Assembly: GCA_044226015.1 (NCBI GenBank) | Contig: JBGAHS010000001.1 | Coordinates: 384,001 to 448,000, forward strand | Length of the DNA stretch: 64,000 bases | Source: Candidatus Obscuribacteraceae bacterium | GTDB lineage: Bacteria > Cyanobacteriota > Vampirovibrionia > Obscuribacterales > Obscuribacteraceae | Direction of reading: 5' to 3' | Shown here: positions 60,062-64,000 of the stretch, one piece after another | Layout of the letters: each line of letters begins with the position of its first letter | How positions within the stretch are numbered: the stretch's first letter is position 1 | The notes under the pieces: model-generated | The model's input: only the letters and a program-made list of their open reading frames with translations | Database searches by the model: none | Told to the model about the DNA's origin: nothing | Made by a program: the position numbers and the translations under genes

Positions 60062-60127
60062 TTGCTTGAACTCGATTCCTTGTTGTTCTAGTTGTTCTTT
60101 GCCTGATCTTTTATTCCAAGTTTTACA

Positions 60128-61948
60128 TCAATCCACACTTGAGGCGCTTTTCGGCAAGGTGAACCAGAAGCTGCTTCCTTCGCTCAAAATGCTGTCCACG
60201 CCTATTTCGCCTTTGTGCTCGTGCACAATCGCCTGGCAGATTGCGAGCCCCAAGCCTGTTCCACCTTTTTTCTTTGCGTCTGATATTTCGACTTGTTCGA
60301 ATTGACTAAACACTTTGGAGATTTTGTCAGCCGGAATTCCGCGTCCCTGGTCTTGCACAATGATTTTGACGAATTCTTGCTTATCTGTAATTGTTTCACC
60401 AGCACTTAAGGAAATGGTCTGATTCTCTTCTGAATATTTGATTGCATTAGAAACCAGATTAACTAGAACCTGGACGATTCTGTCTTCATCTGCCCAGCAA
60501 GTCAGTTCTGGAACGTCCACGGCAAAACTTAGTTTCTTTGCTTCTGCCAGTGGCAGCATGTTTTCCATTGCTTGTTCTACTGCTTGCTGTACCGACATAT
60601 CTTTTAGCTCTAACGAGAATTTGCCCGCGTGGATTTTTTCCAAATCAAGCATGTCATTTATTAGTCGAAGCAGGCGATTACAAGTTGCTCTAACTCTGCC
60701 GATGGTGCGTTCACCTTGCGCTGTAAGTTGCCCGATTATGCCTTCCTCAAGCAAAGTCAAAATTCCAACTACTGAGCCAAGCGGCGTCCTGATATCGTGA
60801 GTTACCATCGCAATGAACTCACGTTTCAGTTGCTCTAGTTCTTGCTCTTTCGTTTTGTCGAGAAACACATAGATGTTCTTTTCTGTTCCAGCAAATTCCA
60901 GTTTGTTCTCAGAAAAATCCACAGGAAATTGTGTGCCATCAAGCCGATGGGCAGTTGCAATTACTCTTTCATCGATGCTGCCGTCGGCCTGCGATGAATA
61001 ATCGATGGCGTGTTTGTCGCGAACGAGAATATTCGCAGACTTTCCTAGAAGATCTCCCTTACCCGCGAGCAACATTCTGGAAGCGGCACTGTTAGCGAAT
61101 TCTACGGTATTGTCTTTGGCGACTATCATCACTCCTGCTGGCAAACCTTCAAGAGTCAATCGCAATTGTGCTTCGCTTTCTTTCACCAATTCTTCTGCTT
61201 TTTTTCTTTCGGTAATATCGTGAACGATGCAGAATAGTCCTCCGTCTGAGGCTGACCAATGTCCTGTCCAAACCACATCGAGCAATTCGCCATTTTTTTT
61301 GCGTAACTTGCATTCAAAAACAATTTTATCGATGCTCTTTGCTGAACCAAGTATTGAGTTCAGGATGCTGTTTGCGTCATCGCTGACTATCACGTCCATC
61401 AGCGAGCGCTTTTCTAGCTCTTGCGGCGTGTATCCCCACGCGCTCATACAGGCTTTGCTGACAGATACAAAACGTGACTCTATGTCCGTTATGCAAATCA
61501 CGTCCACGGCTCGCTCAATAACGGCTCGCTCTCGTTTTCTAGCTTCAGACACCTCAATGTTGAGCCGGCTGATCGAGTCTCTCAGGCGCTTCATAGCTTC
61601 GCCTGGTTGATCTTGAACGGTTTTTTGATGATTGCCGTCAAGCAAGCTCGCGAGCTCAGCGAGGTCATTTGAAGAGTCTGCTAGCTCGGCTTTGCTCGCA
61701 AGACTCTGAGCGCTCAATAGAGTCAGGACTGCACTGCCACCCAACAAGCCCAGCCCGAAGAGAAGCAATGGAGAGCTGAGTTTTCCCATGGCATCCTGAA
61801 ATCTCTTCCCTTGCGAGCCATGGTCAGACGTGTATTCGTAGATTTTTCCGTTCATCTGCTGCAGCAAGAAAATCGTGCTGCAGCCCATGATGAAACAAAC
61901 GACTGCAAATGCTATTGAAAATTTAGCCAGATTTTGTGACTTGGGCAT
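60128..61948 (-). CDS. membrane PAS-domain sensor histidine kinase
   Basis: Two TM helices, two PAS domains, THDIRTPL, NLVSNAIKY, DQGRG and GTGLGLAI. Confidence 0.95.
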   Translation of the reverse strand: MPKSQNLAKFSIAFAVVCFIMGCSTIFLLQQMNGKIYEYTSDHGSQGKRFQDAMGKLSSPLLLFGLGLLGGSAVLTLLSAQSLASKAELADSSNDLAELASLLDGNHQKTVQDQPGEAMKRLRDSISRLNIEVSEARKRERAVIERAVDVICITDIESRFVSVSKACMSAWGYTPQELEKRSLMDVIVSDDANSILNSILGSAKSIDKIVFECKLRKKNGELLDVVWTGHWSASDGGLFCIVHDITERKKAEELVKESEAQLRLTLEGLPAGVMIVAKDNTVEFANSAASRMLLAGKGDLLGKSANILVRDKHAIDYSSQADGSIDERVIATAHRLDGTQFPVDFSENKLEFAGTEKNIYVFLDKTKEQELEQLKREFIAMVTHDIRTPLGSVVGILTLLEEGIIGQLTAQGERTIGRVRATCNRLLRLINDMLDLEKIHAGKFSLELKDMSVQQAVEQAMENMLPLAEAKKLSFAVDVPELTCWADEDRIVQVLVNLVSNAIKYSEENQTISLSAGETITDKQEFVKIIVQDQGRGIPADKISKVFSQFEQVEISDAKKKGGTGLGLAICQAIVHEHKGEIGVDSILSEGSSFWFTLPKSASSVD

Positions 61949-62236
61949 CAGAACTGTAACGGTTCCTAACTGTCTGATTCTACGACAAAATCGGCTTCTT
62001 GGCGTACTTGGAAACCGTTGCTCTGCTGCTATTTCAGCGGGTTCAGGCGCGCGGTCTCTCTGGAGAAGCGGCTCACTGGAGAAGCTGCTCTCGCCGAACG
62101 GGACTTTCCTCGCGCCTTCGAATCACCGTAAAGACTGAAAAAGTAGTCGTGATAATTGTTTCTTAGAAATTTTCAAAGCGCTATTTCAAGCTTTGCGTGA
62201 GAATGACACAGGTTGTAGAAGTGGGAGCCCCCCTAT

Positions 62237-62647
62237 ATGCGTCAATTGGCGTCCGTATATTCGTCTGTTCTTGTTTCGCTCGTTTTGTTGCTCCCTGTTG
62301 CGGCGAAGTCGGTTCAGCAGAATGATTCAGACCGAAAGTCTTCTCCGTTTTCGGGTCTGGCTGACTATTACCATCACAAGTTTTATGGCAGAAAGACTGC
62401 TTCGGGAGAGCTTCTCCAGAAAGAAAAGTACACAGCCGCCCACAGAACTTTGCCTTTTGGTACGAAAGTAAAAGTAACAAACAAGAGATCTGGAAAGTCT
62501 TGTGTGGTTACAATTAATGATCGTGGTCCTTACACGCCAGGCAAAGTTATCGATTTGTCACATGCAGCAGCTTCTCATTTAGGTGTATTGTCTGCTGGAA
62601 CCGCTCTTGTGGCTTGTGAAGTCGTTGCCGAGGAAGCGGAGGACTAG
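62237..62647 (+). CDS. rlpA: RlpA-family septal ring lytic transglycosylase
   Basis: GRKTASGE, TAAHRTLPFGT, INDRGP and IDLSHAAA motifs. Confidence 0.92.
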   Translation: MRQLASVYSSVLVSLVLLLPVAAKSVQQNDSDRKSSPFSGLADYYHHKFYGRKTASGELLQKEKYTAAHRTLPFGTKVKVTNKRSGKSCVVTINDRGPYTPGKVIDLSHAAASHLGVLSAGTALVACEVVAEEAED

Positions 62648-62668
62648 TCCTTTCTTCGGGATTCTAAA

Positions 62669-64000
62669 ATGTTGCGCTTAGAACATGTATCGAAAGTTTT
62701 TCCTAATGGTGAAGCGCTAAAAGACGTTTCATGGGAAGTGAAAGCCGGCGATAGGCTTGGTCTGGTCGGTGCAAACGGTACTGGCAAAACTACTCAATTC
62801 AAAATCATCACCGGAGAACTTGAGCCAACTACTGGTGATGTTTACCGGCAGTCAGGAATTAGAATTGCCTATCTCAGTCAGGAGTTCGATATTATTCCTG
62901 AGAATTCCGTTCACGAAGAATTGCTTCGCGCTTTCACTGAGATACATGTGCTGAAACAAGAAATTCACAAGGTGCAGGTTGCGCTGGAAACTGTTTCTGA
63001 CGCAGATATGACTCGATTGCTGAACAAACTAGATCGCTTGCAGCGTGATTTTGAAGCCAGAGATGGCTATGGCATTGAACTTCGTGTTGACAAAATTTTG
63101 CCAGAGATAGGATTTACTCCTGAAGATGCTGAACGTAAGGTTAGTGAGTTTAGCGGCGGTTGGCAAATGCGAATTGGCATTGGCAAAGTCATGCTGCAAG
63201 ACCCTCATGTTTTGCTGTTGGACGAGCCTACGAACCACATTGACCTTGAAACCATTGAATGGCTTGAGAATTATTTGCGCGGGTTATCGACTCCGATGGT
63301 GATAGTTTCTCACGACAGATTTTTTCTCGACCGAATCTGCACAAGCATCGTAGAAGTTGAACGGGGCATTTCTAGCACCTATCTCGGAAATTATTCTGCG
63401 TATCAGGAGCAGAAGAAAATGAATCGCGAGGCGCAGGAAGCAACTTATGAGCGCCAACAAAGAGAGCTTGAGCGTCAGCAAGAGTTCATCGACAAATTTC
63501 GTGCCAGCGCCACTCGCAGTACTCAAGCAAAAAGCCGTGAAAAGCAAGTAGAAAAATGGGACATCGTTGATGCTCCAGATTCTGACGAGCGAACACTAAA
63601 GTTCCGCTTTCCTCCCTGCGTCAGAAGTGGGCGTGAAGTGGCGATGGTCAAAGAATTGAGTCACGAGTATGGCGCGAAAACAATATTTCTCGGAGCCAAT
63701 TTGTTAATTGAGCGCGGAGATCGAATAGCCTTGCTGGGTCCAAATGGCTGTGGCAAATCTACTCTGCTGCGTCTGATTGCAGGCGCCGAGCCGCCGTCCG
63801 ATGGAGTTGTGGAACTCGGACAGCACAATATCGTTCCAGCTTATTTCGAGCAAAATCAAGCTGAGGCACTCGACTTGACCAAGACAGTTTTAGAGACTGT
63901 TGCTGAGCTAGTACCGCAATGGAAAGATGCCGAGATAAGGGGACTTCTTGGGCGCTTTCTTTTTAGTGACGATACAGTTTTCAAAAAAGTGGGTGCCTTG
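62669..64000 (+). CDS. ABC-F family ATP-binding protein (runs off window end)
   Basis: Not in the ORF track. MLRLEHVSKVFP...GANGTGKT, FSGGWQMR, LLLDEPTNH, and a second Walker A GPNGCGKS. Confidence 0.95.
   Translation, partial: MLRLEHVSKVFPNGEALKDVSWEVKAGDRLGLVGANGTGKTTQFKIITGELEPTTGDVYRQSGIRIAYLSQEFDIIPENSVHEELLRAFTEIHVLKQEIHKVQVALETVSDADMTRLLNKLDRLQRDFEARDGYGIELRVDKILPEIGFTPEDAERKVSEFSGGWQMRIGIGKVMLQDPHVLLLDEPTNHIDLETIEWLENYLRGLSTPMVIVSHDRFFLDRICTSIVEVERGISSTYLGNYSAYQEQKKMNREAQEATYERQQRELERQQEFIDKFRASATRSTQAKSREKQVEKWDIVDAPDSDERTLKFRFPPCVRSGREVAMVKELSHEYGAKTIFLGANLLIERGDRIALLGPNGCGKSTLLRLIAGAEPPSDGVVELGQHNIVPAYFEQNQAEALDLTKTVLETVAELVPQWKDAEIRGLLGRFLFSDDTVFKKVGAL

Overview
A 64-kb bacterial chromosomal window of moderate GC. 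The cyanobacteria-like tmRNA tag (ANNNVVSLRPALKAVA), the Tad/VWA pseudopilin genes and the many long orphan proteins suggest non-photosynthetic Melainabacteria/Obscuribacterales; this is inference only. In order it holds: the end of an STM4013/4014/4015-type operon, divergent from a small His-rich gene and an LRR-DUF6745 gene; tmRNA followed by a decayed hipBA module; metabolic and hypothetical genes; a TadE-TadG(VWA)-TadE trio bracketed by two small paralogues; an effector-like region; a protease cluster (M50-TPR, S1, S41, S53); a deaminase toxin with a SMI1/KNR4 immunity gene; a two-component pair; rlpA; and an ABC-F gene cut by the window end. The main finding is a 5065-aa protein with YD-like repeats, annexin-like repeats, hydrophobic helices, an HExxH peptidase motif and a PRTase-like motif. 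It ends in three tandem units, each a domain with the motif order of OspF/SpvC/LanKC phosphothreonine lyases followed by an FHA domain, plus a fourth FHA. Two nearby genes share an N-terminal domain but carry different payloads (NADAR plus kinase-like; LysM). Several signal-peptide-less proteins share a positionally conserved N-terminal L-x-x-[ED]-A motif. Together these suggest an undescribed secreted-effector system centred on protein phosphorylation. All family calls come from reading motifs by eye; no searches were run.
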